NCBI GenBank assembly: GCA_963796685.1
Contig: CAWCMR010000025.1
Span: 1,728,001-1,792,000 of the forward strand
Length of the DNA stretch: 64,000 nucleotides
Source of the DNA: an uncultured delta proteobacterium
GTDB taxonomy: Bacteria; Myxococcota_A; Polyangia; Fen-1088
Reading direction: 5' to 3'
Shown here: one piece after another, positions 29,411 through 39,006 of the stretch
Numbering within the stretch: position 1 is the stretch's first letter
Layout: the number at the start of each line of letters is the position of its first letter
Translations under genes and position numbers: made by a program
The notes under the pieces: model-generated
The model's input: only the letters and a program-made list of their open reading frames with translations
What the model was told of the DNA's origin: nothing
The model's database searches: none

Positions 29411-29992
29411 TTACTTCGCCGCTGCTGGCTCGACGTCGGCCCATAGCAGACCGAGCTCGAGCTCGATGGCATCGAAGGGCTCGGCCCGCACGTGCTCGTC
29501 GTCGGAATACGTGGCCAGGAGGGACCAGTGCGCGTCGACCAGACGATAGGCTTCCAGAGTTCGTTCCACCGGATCGACCAGCCAGGCATTGCGCACGCCC
29601 TCGTGCCCGTAGATGGGCATCTTCTTCTTGCGATCGAAGCGCGCCGAACCGGGCGACAGAACCTCGCAAATCCAGTCCGGGGCCAGGGTCAGGAAGGGCG
29701 CGTCCGGCAAGAGTGCCATGCGCTCTCGCCGCCAGCCCGCGAGATCGGGCACCACGACATTGCCTGCGAGATGCAGCTCGGGTTCGTCGACGATAATCCA
29801 GCCGCCGGGGCCGCCGCGTCCTCGCTTGAAGGGTGGCCCAAGCTCCTCGCCCAAGGTGCTGGCGGCAGCTCCATGAGAAGAGGCCGGCCTTGGCGAGAGG
29901 ACCAGATCGCCATCTACGATCTCCGCCACCATGTGCGGGGGCGTGGCAAGCACGTCATCGTAGGTGGCAACCTTTCTCGCTCCGTCGGCCAT
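29411..29992 (-). CDS. Uma2-family endonuclease
   Basis: ATYDDV..AEIVDGDL..PRP..H, GGPGGW..DEPELHL..VPDLAGWRRER, APDWICEVLSP, DRKKKMPIY, WLVDP. Confidence 0.93.
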   Translation of the reverse strand: MADGARKVATYDDVLATPPHMVAEIVDGDLVLSPRPASSHGAAASTLGEELGPPFKRGRGGPGGWIIVDEPELHLAGNVVVPDLAGWRRERMALLPDAPFLTLAPDWICEVLSPGSARFDRKKKMPIYGHEGVRNAWLVDPVERTLEAYRLVDAHWSLLATYSDDEHVRAEPFDAIELELGLLWADVEPAAAK

Positions 29993-30094
29993 ACAGGAAG
30001 TATACGCACCAGGCCTGGCTTGGCCCAGGGTGAACGCCAGCCGAACACATTTCATGCTTCTCGGGGTTCGGCATCATCGAAGACGGCAACAGGC

Positions 30095-31255
30095 TCAGGC
30101 CGCCGCGATGGTCGACAATAGGTCCGCCAAAGACAGAACCTCCACGCCACTGGCCAAGCGCCGCCGAGGGCCCGCCGGAATGACGATTGCCATATGCGCA
30201 TTGTTGGGTAGGTAGGTCTTGGCAGCCAGCAGCGGCGTCGCATCCTGATCTGTCACCCTTTCCGTGGCCTTGGCCTCGATGGCCCAAAGCGTATGGTGGA
30301 AGCGGGCGATGAAATCGACCTCGAGACCACCGCGGGTGCGAAAGGTATGGAGCGCCAGATCCCTATCGTGGGCCGCGGCGGTGGCCCAGAGTTGGCTTGC
30401 CACCAGGTGCTCGAATAAGTTGCCCATGCGATCCGCGGAAGCCGTGAAGGAGCCGAGCAATCCGTTGAGCACGCCAGGATCGAAGAAATAGTAGCGCGGG
30501 TGCTTGACCATGTCGGCAGCCCTGGCTTCCGAAAACGGCGCCAGCCGATGCACAAGCAGCGTGTCCTCCAACGCCTCGAAATAGCGGACCGTGCCCGTCC
30601 TGGATAGCCGCGCTCGTTGGGATAGTTTGGAGAAGTCCAAAAATTGGCCTGAGCATGCCGCAGCCACGTGGAGAAAACGTGAGAATCCCTCGAGATTGCG
30701 CGATAGCGCTTCAGCCTGGATCTCTTCCCGCAGATAGGTCCCGGCGTAGCTGGCAAGAAGCTTTTCCGCCGTGGATCGGTCGGGCTCGAGATAGGGCTCG
30801 GGCAGGGTGCCGATCTCCAGCGCCTTGCGCACATCGAAATCGGGCCCAATTTCCGTGCTCGTCAACGGACCCAGTCGGTAACAAAGGACCCGGCCGGGCA
30901 AGAGGTTGGCCTGCCCTCGTCGCAGCTTGCGAGCGCTGGATCCCGTAAGGAAGAATTTCAGCGGCTTCTTTACCCGCTTGGCATCGTCGATCAAAGCCTG
31001 GACGGTGTTGAGCAGACTTGGCAAGCGCTGCACTTCGTCGATAAGGACCGTGCCCGGCGCCTGAGCCCGAATCCGTTCCTCCAGCTCGCCGGCATTGGCA
31101 GCAAAGGCAAGGAGCTCGGTCTCGCGCGCCAGATTGACCACCATCTCGGGCCGCAGGTCCAAGACAAGCGTGGATTTGCCGGTTTGCCGTGGGCCAAGCA
31201 GGAGGACGCTCTTTGGGGAGCGCGCCAGTACCCGCCCGAGCAATCTGTCTATCAT
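30095..31255 (-). CDS. AAA_14 ATPase-wHTH-DUF4143 protein, copy 3
   Basis: GPRQTGKS, IDEVQR, TGSSARKLRRG.ANLLPGR, GTLP, YLREEIQAE, HPRYYFFDPGV, GNLFEH, FRT..GLEVDF..IEAK. Confidence 0.92.
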   Translation of the reverse strand: MIDRLLGRVLARSPKSVLLLGPRQTGKSTLVLDLRPEMVVNLARETELLAFAANAGELEERIRAQAPGTVLIDEVQRLPSLLNTVQALIDDAKRVKKPLKFFLTGSSARKLRRGQANLLPGRVLCYRLGPLTSTEIGPDFDVRKALEIGTLPEPYLEPDRSTAEKLLASYAGTYLREEIQAEALSRNLEGFSRFLHVAAACSGQFLDFSKLSQRARLSRTGTVRYFEALEDTLLVHRLAPFSEARAADMVKHPRYYFFDPGVLNGLLGSFTASADRMGNLFEHLVASQLWATAAAHDRDLALHTFRTRGGLEVDFIARFHHTLWAIEAKATERVTDQDATPLLAAKTYLPNNAHMAIVIPAGPRRRLASGVEVLSLADLLSTIAAA

Positions 31256-31312
31256 CCGGTCATTATTACATGCAAAATGCTACCAGTGAAGTCGAATCGG
31301 GTGCGCTGGCGC

Positions 31313-32296
31313 CTACTTGACGTTGGCGCAGAACTGCTTCATCTGCAGGCCGTCGCCGCCTTGCCAGACCTCGAAGCCGGCGAAGACGATGCTCAGGTAC
31401 TGGCTGCTGGTGACGCCCCAATTGCTCTGGATTGCGTCCTGGATGAAGTCGTTGAGGTCGAATTCCAAGGAGGCGATCTTGCTGCTGCTCACGTAGGAAA
31501 CGCACGGCATGTTGTTGGTGCTGGGGTCGTACCAGACGTCCCAGCCGCCCTTGACCCCGGAGACCACGCTGCCGTTGGCCACGACGGTTCCGCGCGGCTG
31601 CTTATCGGTCGGCTTGAACAGCCAGACCATGAGGTAGGCTCCGCCGGCACCGGGGCTCGAGCCGCTGACCACGTTGCTGTTGGCGGTGAACCACACGTCG
31701 TAGGTGGCGTTGTACCCGGCCGCGCCCATGGTGTCGACGTTGGTCGAGAAGATGGTCGGGACGCTGGTGAGGCTGGAGACGGCCTTGGGCAGGTTGCTGC
31801 CAGTCGTCCTCTTGCTGCCGTAGGTGCCGATGAAAATCGATGGGAAGCCCAGCGGGTTGCTGGGATTGCTCGTGGCGACGCTGTTGTTGGGATTGGCGAT
31901 GGTGAAGCCCAAGTCTTGCACGGCCTCGGACTGATTGTTGTAGGGGCTGCCCCACCAATTGGCCTGCATGTAGTAGGACTTGCTAGAGTTGTTACTGGCC
32001 GTGATCGTGGTGGCGCCATACTGGCCGGTCACCGAGCTCGTATAGTTCGCGGTATCCGTGCAGTCCACGGGGCCCGTCGATGCCGAGGTGCCCCCGCTGC
32101 CGGTGGTGCCGCCCTTGCTCGTGGCGCCGCCGCTGCCGGTCTTGCCGCCCGTGCCGGTGGTGCCGCCCTTTGCAGTGGTACCGCCCTTTGCAGTGGTACC
32201 GCCGTTGCCCGAGCCCCCGCTGCCGGACGATGTGGGGGAAGCGGCACAGGACGTCGCGGCAGCGACGAGAGCGAGAACGAGTACAACCGAGCGCAT
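31313..32296 (-). CDS. GH12-fold lipoprotein with atypical catalytic site (YLMVW)
   Basis: GGAGG RBS; lipobox ATSC; NWWG, FPSIFIG, LPKAVSSL, YNATYDVWF, AYLMVWL, FDLNDFI, YLSIVFAGFEVW. Confidence 0.88.
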   Translation of the reverse strand: MRSVVLVLALVAAATSCAASPTSSGSGGSGNGGTTAKGGTTAKGGTTGTGGKTGSGGATSKGGTTGSGGTSASTGPVDCTDTANYTSSVTGQYGATTITASNNSSKSYYMQANWWGSPYNNQSEAVQDLGFTIANPNNSVATSNPSNPLGFPSIFIGTYGSKRTTGSNLPKAVSSLTSVPTIFSTNVDTMGAAGYNATYDVWFTANSNVVSGSSPGAGGAYLMVWLFKPTDKQPRGTVVANGSVVSGVKGGWDVWYDPSTNNMPCVSYVSSSKIASLEFDLNDFIQDAIQSNWGVTSSQYLSIVFAGFEVWQGGDGLQMKQFCANVK

Positions 32297-32523
32297 GGAA
32301 CCTCCGGGAAACGGTAGATGGCAGGGGGACGGGCAGGAATAGGACACCATAGCCAGAACGGATGGGAAATCCCAGCGATCCCCGCCCTGCCTGTGACACG
32401 CCGGTTTCGGGAGCTCCCGCACGCTCTGCTATCGTCAGTTTGAGCGCGGGGCTCCATGTCATTGTGCAAAAAAGCGCGGGGAAAGGCAGCTTCTCCCCGC
32501 GCTCGCGGCTGGTGCCGTCCGCC

Positions 32524-33618
32524 TCAGTTTTTGAGCTGGGCCGATCGCTCGTCGGGCTTGGCGTTCGCGCCGAACTTGCCCCCGAGATAGCCTTTCGCCA
32601 TCTCCTCGAGCGTGATGACCGGCACGTTCGGGGCCTGACCGGCTTGCCCGAACTGCTTCATGCGCTCCTCGCACACCTTCTGCATCGCAGCGCGGGCCGG
32701 GGTCAGGTAGTAGCGCGGGTCGAACTCGGCCGGCTTCTCGACGAAGGCCTTGCGAATCGCGCCCGTGATGGCCAGGCGGTTGTCGGTGTCGACGTTGATC
32801 TTGCGCACGCCGGCGCGGATGCCGCGCTGGATCTCCTCGACGGGCACGCCGTAGGTTTCCTTCATGGCGCCGCCGTGCTTGTTGATGATGGCGCAAAGCT
32901 CTGCCGGTACCGAGCTGGAGCCGTGCATGACCAAGTGGCAGTTGGGCAGCTTGGTGTGGATCTCCTCGATGCGCTTCATGGCCAGCACATCGCCGGTCGG
33001 CTTGCGCGAGAACTTGTAGGCACCGTGGCTGGTACCGACCGCGACGGCCAAGGCGTCGAGGCCGGTGCGCTGGACGAAGTCGACCGCTTGATCGGGATCC
33101 GTCAAAAGCTGGGCCAGCGACATCTTGCCCTCGGCGCCATGTCCGTCTTCTTTCTCGCCCATGCCGCTCTCGAGCGAGCCCAGGCAGCCGAGCTCGCCTT
33201 CCACCGACACGCCGAATCGATGCGCGACGTTGACCACCTCGCGGGTCACGGCCACGTTGTACTCGTAGCTCGACGGGGTCTTGCCGTCTTCCTCCAGCGA
33301 GCCGTCCATCATGACGCTGGTGAAGCCGTAGCGGATGGCGCTTACGCAGGTGTCGATGGAGTTGCCGTGGTCCTGGTGCATGACGATGGGCAGCTCGGGG
33401 TAGAGCTCGGCTGCGGCCAGCATCAGGTGGCGCAGGAAGTTGTCGTTGGTGTACTTGCGCGCCCCACGCGAGGCCTGCACGATGACCGGGCTCTTGGTGG
33501 CCCGCGCGGCCTCCATGATGGCCTGGATCTGCTCCATGTTGTTGACGTTGAGAGCGGCGACGCCGTAGCCGTTCTTTGCTGCGTGGTCGAGAAGGGGACG
33601 AAGGGGAATCAGAGGCAT
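32524..33618 (-). CDS. fba: Fructose-bisphosphate aldolase class II
   Basis: [68 protein letters not shown]. Confidence 0.97.
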   Translation of the reverse strand: MPLIPLRPLLDHAAKNGYGVAALNVNNMEQIQAIMEAARATKSPVIVQASRGARKYTNDNFLRHLMLAAAELYPELPIVMHQDHGNSIDTCVSAIRYGFTSVMMDGSLEEDGKTPSSYEYNVAVTREVVNVAHRFGVSVEGELGCLGSLESGMGEKEDGHGAEGKMSLAQLLTDPDQAVDFVQRTGLDALAVAVGTSHGAYKFSRKPTGDVLAMKRIEEIHTKLPNCHLVMHGSSSVPAELCAIINKHGGAMKETYGVPVEEIQRGIRAGVRKINVDTDNRLAITGAIRKAFVEKPAEFDPRYYLTPARAAMQKVCEERMKQFGQAGQAPNVPVITLEEMAKGYLGGKFGANAKPDERSAQLKN

Positions 33619-33660
33619 GACAGAAACTCCAATCGTATTGGGTGGAACGCATCAAATCAT

Positions 33661-33682
33661 TGTCGACAGGTTGTCCTACAAC
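33661..33682. promoter_or_regulatory. Paired palindromes, possible GntR-type operator, between divergent fba and expansin genes
   Basis: TGTCGACA followed by GTTGT-CCT-ACAAC. Confidence 0.35.
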
Positions 33683-33751
33683 ATGGATCGGCCTGTCGGT
33701 AGGGCGATTTGTCCGAGCAATCGGACACTGCGGGAGGAGTAAACTGGCGAC

Positions 33752-35359
33752 ATGAAGAGAAGCGGGCTCACCCGTTGCATCCGTGTTTCCTCGCCAGGGG
33801 CCGTGTCGCTGGCGATCCTGTGCGGGGTCGTGGCGGCAAGCTGCGTCGCAAGCTCGCAGAAGCCCCCTGCCTCGGGAGGCACGCAGGGAAATGGCGGCGC
33901 GCAATCCGGCGGCGGTACGTCAGGAGCCGGAGGCGTGCAAACGACGGGTGGCTCGACGTCACATGGAGGCGCGCAGGGCGCGGGTGGCTCGTCGTTGTCG
34001 GGCGGCTCGCAAGGCTCGGGTGGTGTCTCGTTCATGGGCGGCTCGACGTCCGGCGGAGGTTCGGGCGGCTCGTCCTCGACCACCTCGAACCGCGATGGCG
34101 CTGTCGATGCACCACTTGGGGCTGGGGGCGATGCCGCCGACGGCACCTCCACGACCGACGTACGCACACAAGCCCCGCGTCCCGACGCCAGCCCGGACTC
34201 GTGCGGGGCTTGGGCGTTGACCAACGGGGTGTGCTGCGCCCAGTACTGCAGCAACGACAACAAGTCCGAGAGCTGCGACAAGTGCGGCGGCCCCGGCTCT
34301 GCTCAGTGCGAGGTGGTCAACGCCAAGGCGTGCACCTCGGGGCAATGGCCGGAGGTGCACTCGGTCAGCGACAATGAAGACTGGCATTACTCGCGCTCGA
34401 CCCACTTCGGAACGGCCCCCACGGGCGCCTGCGCCTTCGGCCTGTACGGCATCTGCTCTACGTCCATGAAGCTCGCCAACACGACCCTGCAAGCGCAGTG
34501 CGATACCTTCTGCAAGGCCTATCCCGACCTGTGCAAGGATCCCGGCAACGTCACCCTGCGCGGGAATTTCGCGGCCCCGCAGGGCAACTACTACACGCAG
34601 TTCTGGTCCAGCCTGCCCGGCGACCTCGACAACTATCTCTCCTGCGGCGAGTGCTTCGAGCTCGAGCGTACCCAGGACGATGGCAGCGAGTACCAGTCCG
34701 GCGCAAGCGGCTACACGCCGCCCATCGTGCTGCAGGTGGCGGACTCGTGTCCGTGCTCGGCCAATTCCAAGTGGTGCTGCGGCTCGGGGCGCGACCACTG
34801 TGGCGAGGTCGAGGGCGTCTTCAAGTACGGGTGTCAGCTTCCGCCGTCGCCGCCGCCACCGCCCGTCGACCACGATCCCCTGCCCAACGAAAGCATCCAC
34901 CTCGATCTCTCGGACATCGCCATGGCGCGACTGCAGACCGGCGACCCCAACGGCACCATCAGCGACGGGGTGATCCCGACCAAGTACAAGCGCGTGCCCT
35001 GCCCGGTGGTGGGCAACATGTACATCTGGCTGCGCCCGAACGCCGGTGCCTACTACTTCGCGCTGACCGTGGTGAACATGGCAGGCTTGGGCTCGGCGGC
35101 CAAGGTCGAGGCGCAGCTTCCCTCCGGGGACTGGGTGGCGCTCCAGCGCGACGGCAACTACAGCCTGTCCCGCCCACAGGAGCGCTTCGGCACGTGGGCC
35201 CTGCCGCAGGGCTATGGTCCCTTCGACCTGCCGGTCACCCTGCGCATCAGCGACGGATCTGGCCGCGCCGTGCTTGCCCCGAACGTCATCAAAGCCTGGG
35301 CGCCCACCGACTCGAGCCAGAGCGAGAACTGGTTCCTCGACACCGGGGTGCAGTTCTAA
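33752..35359 (+). CDS. Expansin-like lipoprotein (DPBB/GH45-like plus CBM63-like domains)
   Basis: Lipobox AASC, tether, STHFG..GACAFG, SCGECFEL, VADSCP, HLDLS, GVIPTKYKRVPCP, YYFALTVVN..GLG, ends TGVQF. Confidence 0.82.
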   Translation: MKRSGLTRCIRVSSPGAVSLAILCGVVAASCVASSQKPPASGGTQGNGGAQSGGGTSGAGGVQTTGGSTSHGGAQGAGGSSLSGGSQGSGGVSFMGGSTSGGGSGGSSSTTSNRDGAVDAPLGAGGDAADGTSTTDVRTQAPRPDASPDSCGAWALTNGVCCAQYCSNDNKSESCDKCGGPGSAQCEVVNAKACTSGQWPEVHSVSDNEDWHYSRSTHFGTAPTGACAFGLYGICSTSMKLANTTLQAQCDTFCKAYPDLCKDPGNVTLRGNFAAPQGNYYTQFWSSLPGDLDNYLSCGECFELERTQDDGSEYQSGASGYTPPIVLQVADSCPCSANSKWCCGSGRDHCGEVEGVFKYGCQLPPSPPPPPVDHDPLPNESIHLDLSDIAMARLQTGDPNGTISDGVIPTKYKRVPCPVVGNMYIWLRPNAGAYYFALTVVNMAGLGSAAKVEAQLPSGDWVALQRDGNYSLSRPQERFGTWALPQGYGPFDLPVTLRISDGSGRAVLAPNVIKAWAPTDSSQSENWFLDTGVQF

Positions 35360-35362
35360 CCA

Positions 35363-35761
35363 TCAACCTTTGCGCAGCAACCGCAGGCCGCAGAGAGCGC
35401 TCAGGGTCTCGAAATCACGATCGTGCTCCAAGACTTCCATGTCGCGCTCAATCGCGATGGCCGCGATGAGACAGTCGACGGTCCCGCGCACGGAGCGTCC
35501 TTTGGATCGGCAGCGCCGAAAGAGGTCGGCGGCATGTTCGTAGGTTTCCGGAAAGACCGGCTCGACGTGTTGGCATGTGGCCAGAAGTCGCTGCAACTCG
35601 GTTGCATGCTTGTCGCCGCGAGCACCCTGCATGACCTCCTGAACGATCACGCCCGTGACGAACACGGGATCCCCGCGTTCGAAGGCGAGGGACAAAATAC
35701 GATCGGAAGGCGTGCCGGTTGCGCGCAACCACGCGATCCACGCTGAGCTATCGACAAGCAT
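35363..35761 (-). CDS. vapC: VapC PIN-domain toxin
   Basis: MLVDSSAWI, VQEVMQG, TVDCLIAAIA, HDRDF. Confidence 0.92.
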   Translation of the reverse strand: MLVDSSAWIAWLRATGTPSDRILSLAFERGDPVFVTGVIVQEVMQGARGDKHATELQRLLATCQHVEPVFPETYEHAADLFRRCRSKGRSVRGTVDCLIAAIAIERDMEVLEHDRDFETLSALCGLRLLRKG

Positions 35762-35773
35762 GGCACGGTCGCT

Positions 35774-35971
35774 CTAGCGTGCTTTTCGCATCTCGGCGAG
35801 ATTTCCGCTCCAGCCTGATCCGCGAAGCTCGACTGCCAGACGCCGTTGTTCTTCGCGGTTGACCAATTCCTCCAGCGCGCGTGCGAGAATGTCGCGGGTG
35901 GTTCGCCCCCCCGTGAGCTTCTTCGCCCGAGCGAGCATTCGCGTGTCGAGAACGACGTTGGTGCGTTTCAT
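35774..35971 (-). CDS. vapB: VapB antitoxin
   Basis: MKRTNVVLDTRMLARAKKLTG..ALEELV..LRGSGWSGNLAEMRK directly upstream of vapC (tail of ORF 35774..37207); alternative start 35977. Confidence 0.88.
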   Translation of the reverse strand: MKRTNVVLDTRMLARAKKLTGGRTTRDILARALEELVNREEQRRLAVELRGSGWSGNLAEMRKAR

Positions 35972-36051
35972 ACACATTCTATACACCTCCCATGCCGGGC
36001 CTGCCAGGCTAGGCCGCGATAGCCGCAGAAGGTCGCGGGCGTGGCCGGTTG

Positions 36052-37377
36052 TTACGGCCGCCAGGTCACGAACCACAGACGGTGATTGGCGGCCGCGGTG
36101 CTGATGGAAAACTCGCCCCACACCGGCGCGTAGAAGATGGACACGGCGAGCGCAAGACCGATGTAGCCGACAATCCATCTTCCGTGCTTCTTCTCGAGGT
36201 GCGCGGCGAAGCCGGCCAGCATGACCAGCAGGAAGGCGTAGCAGGGCAGGTAGTAGTGGCTGAAGGTGTAGTTGCCCCGCGTGCCGCGGGTCGCGAGCCA
36301 GGGCGCCATGAAGGAGAACCATCCGAGCATCATGAGCAGGGCACCGCGCGTGGTGTCCGCGCCGAGAAAGCCCAGCCAGTAGCGCTTGAAGCGCGAGCGA
36401 ATGGCGATGACCAGCGTGGTGATGGGAAACGCCACCACCAGCAGCGTGGACGTGGCCCAGAAGACGAGATTGCCGACGCTGGACGAGTAGCGCGACTTCA
36501 ACCCCGAGGTGGACAGCTTGATCACGATGGGGTGCATGAGGATGGGCCAGCCGTACCACGGCGAGGTCAGATCGTTGTGGTAGTGCCCGAGATCGAGATG
36601 ATGCTTGTACAGGCCGATGATGACCTTCCAGGTCGAGATCGGATCGCTGGGCTTGCCGGTGAGACGGAGCGCGCCCATCCAGATGAGGGTGTGCACGATG
36701 GGGACCAAGCCCAGCCACAGGACCGAGAAGATAGAAACCCGACGCACCAGCAGGATGGCCACGGCAGCGGGAATGGCGGTCATGACGCCACTCCATTTCA
36801 CGGAGGTGGAAAACCCAATCAGGATGGCCGAGGCGACCACGCCCTTCCAGGTGCGCGCACCCAGCGCAGCCACCATCCCCCACAGCATGAACGAGATCAT
36901 CATCCCGTCGAGCAGACCCGAGCGGGAGTAGGAGATGAAGAAGCCGTCCGCCGCTACGAACGCCGCGGCCATCCAACCTGCGCGCTTGTCGCCAAACAGC
37001 GTCCGGCCAAGCCAGTAGGCCAAGAACACCGTCTGCAACCCGAACAACAGCGGCACGAAGCGCCAGCCCAGGGAGTTGTAGCCGAAGATCAGCATGCCCA
37101 CGGCGATCAGCATCTTGCCCAAGGGCGGGTGGTCGTTGTTGTCGGCGATGGAAAGCGCGTAGTTGTGGGCGTTCTTGACGAAGGGCTCTTCGTCGAAGGT
37201 GAACCACGTCGGCCAGGGAACGCCCTGAATCCGAATCACCACCCCGCCCACGATCATCGCGGCCAAGAATCCGGTGACCCAGCGCTCTGCCACCGACATG
37301 GCCTGCCAGGTCTGGCGCAGTTGCGCGACCTTGCCGCGCAAGATCTCCCCGATTCCTTGGGCGGCGGCAAGCTTCAT
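36052..37377 (-). CDS. Lipid-carrier-dependent glycosyltransferase, PMT (protein O-mannosyltransferase)-like
   Basis: FDE, HPPLGKMLIA.G..IFGYNSLGWR, SRSGLLD, VKWSG, H..TSPWYGWP, GNLVFW, HYYLP; multi-TM. Confidence 0.88.
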   Translation of the reverse strand: MKLAAAQGIGEILRGKVAQLRQTWQAMSVAERWVTGFLAAMIVGGVVIRIQGVPWPTWFTFDEEPFVKNAHNYALSIADNNDHPPLGKMLIAVGMLIFGYNSLGWRFVPLLFGLQTVFLAYWLGRTLFGDKRAGWMAAAFVAADGFFISYSRSGLLDGMMISFMLWGMVAALGARTWKGVVASAILIGFSTSVKWSGVMTAIPAAVAILLVRRVSIFSVLWLGLVPIVHTLIWMGALRLTGKPSDPISTWKVIIGLYKHHLDLGHYHNDLTSPWYGWPILMHPIVIKLSTSGLKSRYSSSVGNLVFWATSTLLVVAFPITTLVIAIRSRFKRYWLGFLGADTTRGALLMMLGWFSFMAPWLATRGTRGNYTFSHYYLPCYAFLLVMLAGFAAHLEKKHGRWIVGYIGLALAVSIFYAPVWGEFSISTAAANHRLWFVTWRP

Positions 37378-38015
37378 TGGGGAATTACGCAGTCCGTGAG
37401 GTTGCCGACCGCGACGCTTTGATCGACGGGGCTGAAGTTGCCCGTGGCCGACCAACGCAAGGAAACGGTCCTGAGCACCCCGACCACATGGTAGTTGCAC
37501 ACCACGGTGAATCGCTGCGTGGGCAGGGATCCTTGCAGGATAGGCGCCTCCCACAGCCCCGCGGCCAGAAACAGCTCGTTCTTCACGGTGTTGAAGGGCT
37601 GCAGCACGTTCGGATCGGTATCCGGGCTCGCCCACGGCTGGCTGTTGGCGTGGTAGCCGCAGTGGACCGGGCCAAAGGACTTGTCCGACGCGCAGGCCAG
37701 GTTCTTCTTGTCCTCGCGAACCAGCGTCACCTCGATCATCTTGGTCGAGCCGAGGTGCCAGCCCTCGGTCTGTTGCGAGTACTTCTCCTTGTAGCCGGTC
37801 CAGGCCAGGACCAACCAGAGCGCGACCCCCATGCACAGGAAGCCGAACACCGTATAGAGCAGAAGGTTCCTGGGGGGATCCAGCTTGACCTCGGGGACTG
37901 GGGGCGGGGCTTCCGGAGCCGGCGGCGGTTCCGTGCCGGTTGGCGCCGATGTGGACGACGTGTCTGCTGAGGCGACTTTCGCATCGCCTGCCACCTCTTC
38001 AGGCGAAGGACTCAT
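37374..38015 (-). CDS. Single-TM hypothetical protein with Cys-containing extracytoplasmic domain
   Basis: Pro-rich N-terminus, one TM, four Cys in the soluble domain; ATGA overlap with the PMT gene. Confidence 0.72.
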   Translation of the reverse strand: MSPSPEEVAGDAKVASADTSSTSAPTGTEPPPAPEAPPPVPEVKLDPPRNLLLYTVFGFLCMGVALWLVLAWTGYKEKYSQQTEGWHLGSTKMIEVTLVREDKKNLACASDKSFGPVHCGYHANSQPWASPDTDPNVLQPFNTVKNELFLAAGLWEAPILQGSLPTQRFTVVCNYHVVGVLRTVSLRWSATGNFSPVDQSVAVGNLTDCVIPQ

Positions 38016-38163
38016 GTCCAGGGACTATTCCATCTCGTGCCTTCCGTCAACTCGTACCTGCGAGGTGCATCAAGCGCACGGAAGCGCAAGGGATCGTGAC
38101 GTGACCCTCGTCACCCCTGACCCTGATCGTCGAGGTGTGTCGCCCCTGTGCTATCGTTGGTCG

Positions 38164-38994
38164 ATGCGATTCGCGCGCCTGCTCCTTCCTGCGGCGCTAG
38201 CCTGCGCCGCGTGTGCGGCGACCTGCGCGCGTAGCGGCCGAACGGCAAGCGCCATGGTGGAAGTCCCAGGCGGATCCTTCGCCATGGGCAGCGACGCAGC
38301 CGAGGCCAACGCGAACGAGAAACCGGTTCACCAAGTGACCGTCGCGACTTTCCGGTTCGACCGCACCGAGGTGACGGTGGGGGCCTACGTCGCCTGTGTG
38401 CGCGCTGGAAGGTGCAGCGAACCGGAGCCCTACAAGGCCGAGCGCGGCAACTACCGCGTGTTCTGCAATTGGCACCACCCCGAGGGCAGGGAAAACCATC
38501 CCGTCAATTGCGTGGACTACGAGCAGGCGAAGGTCTTTTGCGCCTGGGCGGGCAAGCGCCTGCCCACGGAGGAGGAGTGGGAGTACGCCGCGCGGGCCGG
38601 TGCCGAAGGTCGGAAGTTTCCCTGGGGCAACGCCGAGCCCGACCCGACCCGCCTCAATGCCTGCGGCCCCGAGTGTACGAAGAACCTGGTCGCGCAGCGA
38701 TTCCCCGGCGGTAACCCGATGTATCCCGCGAGCGACGGCTGGCCCGAGACCGCCCCGGTCGGCAGCTTTCCGGCCGGTGCCTCCAAACACGGCGTTCTCG
38801 ATCTCGCTGGCAACGTGTGGGAGTGGACGTCGTCCCCGTACGCGACCTACGACGGCCGCACCTCGGAACCCAAGCGCGTCCTGCGCGGCGGGAGCTGGGG
38901 CGGGATGGACGCCCGCACCGAGCGCACCACCAACCGCTTCCGACTGGATCCATCGAGCCGAGCGCAGTTTCTGGGATTTCGCTGCGCGAAGTAG
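38164..38994 (+). CDS. FGE-sulfatase (SUMF1) domain exported protein
   Basis: GGSFAMGS, EKPVHQV, TEVTV, HPVNCV, KRLPTEEEWEYAAR, FPWG, DLAGNVWEW, RVLRGGSW, GFRCA. Confidence 0.92.
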   Translation: MRFARLLLPAALACAACAATCARSGRTASAMVEVPGGSFAMGSDAAEANANEKPVHQVTVATFRFDRTEVTVGAYVACVRAGRCSEPEPYKAERGNYRVFCNWHHPEGRENHPVNCVDYEQAKVFCAWAGKRLPTEEEWEYAARAGAEGRKFPWGNAEPDPTRLNACGPECTKNLVAQRFPGGNPMYPASDGWPETAPVGSFPAGASKHGVLDLAGNVWEWTSSPYATYDGRTSEPKRVLRGGSWGGMDARTERTTNRFRLDPSSRAQFLGFRCAK

Positions 38995-39006
38995 GAAGCG
39001 CTAGCT

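Noticed and set aside
32362-33904. Long antisense and alternate-frame ORFs (for example 32362..33702, 27370..28341, 46764..48170)
   Set aside because: Shadow ORFs expected in high-GC coding DNA; they overlap well-supported genes and lack motifs.
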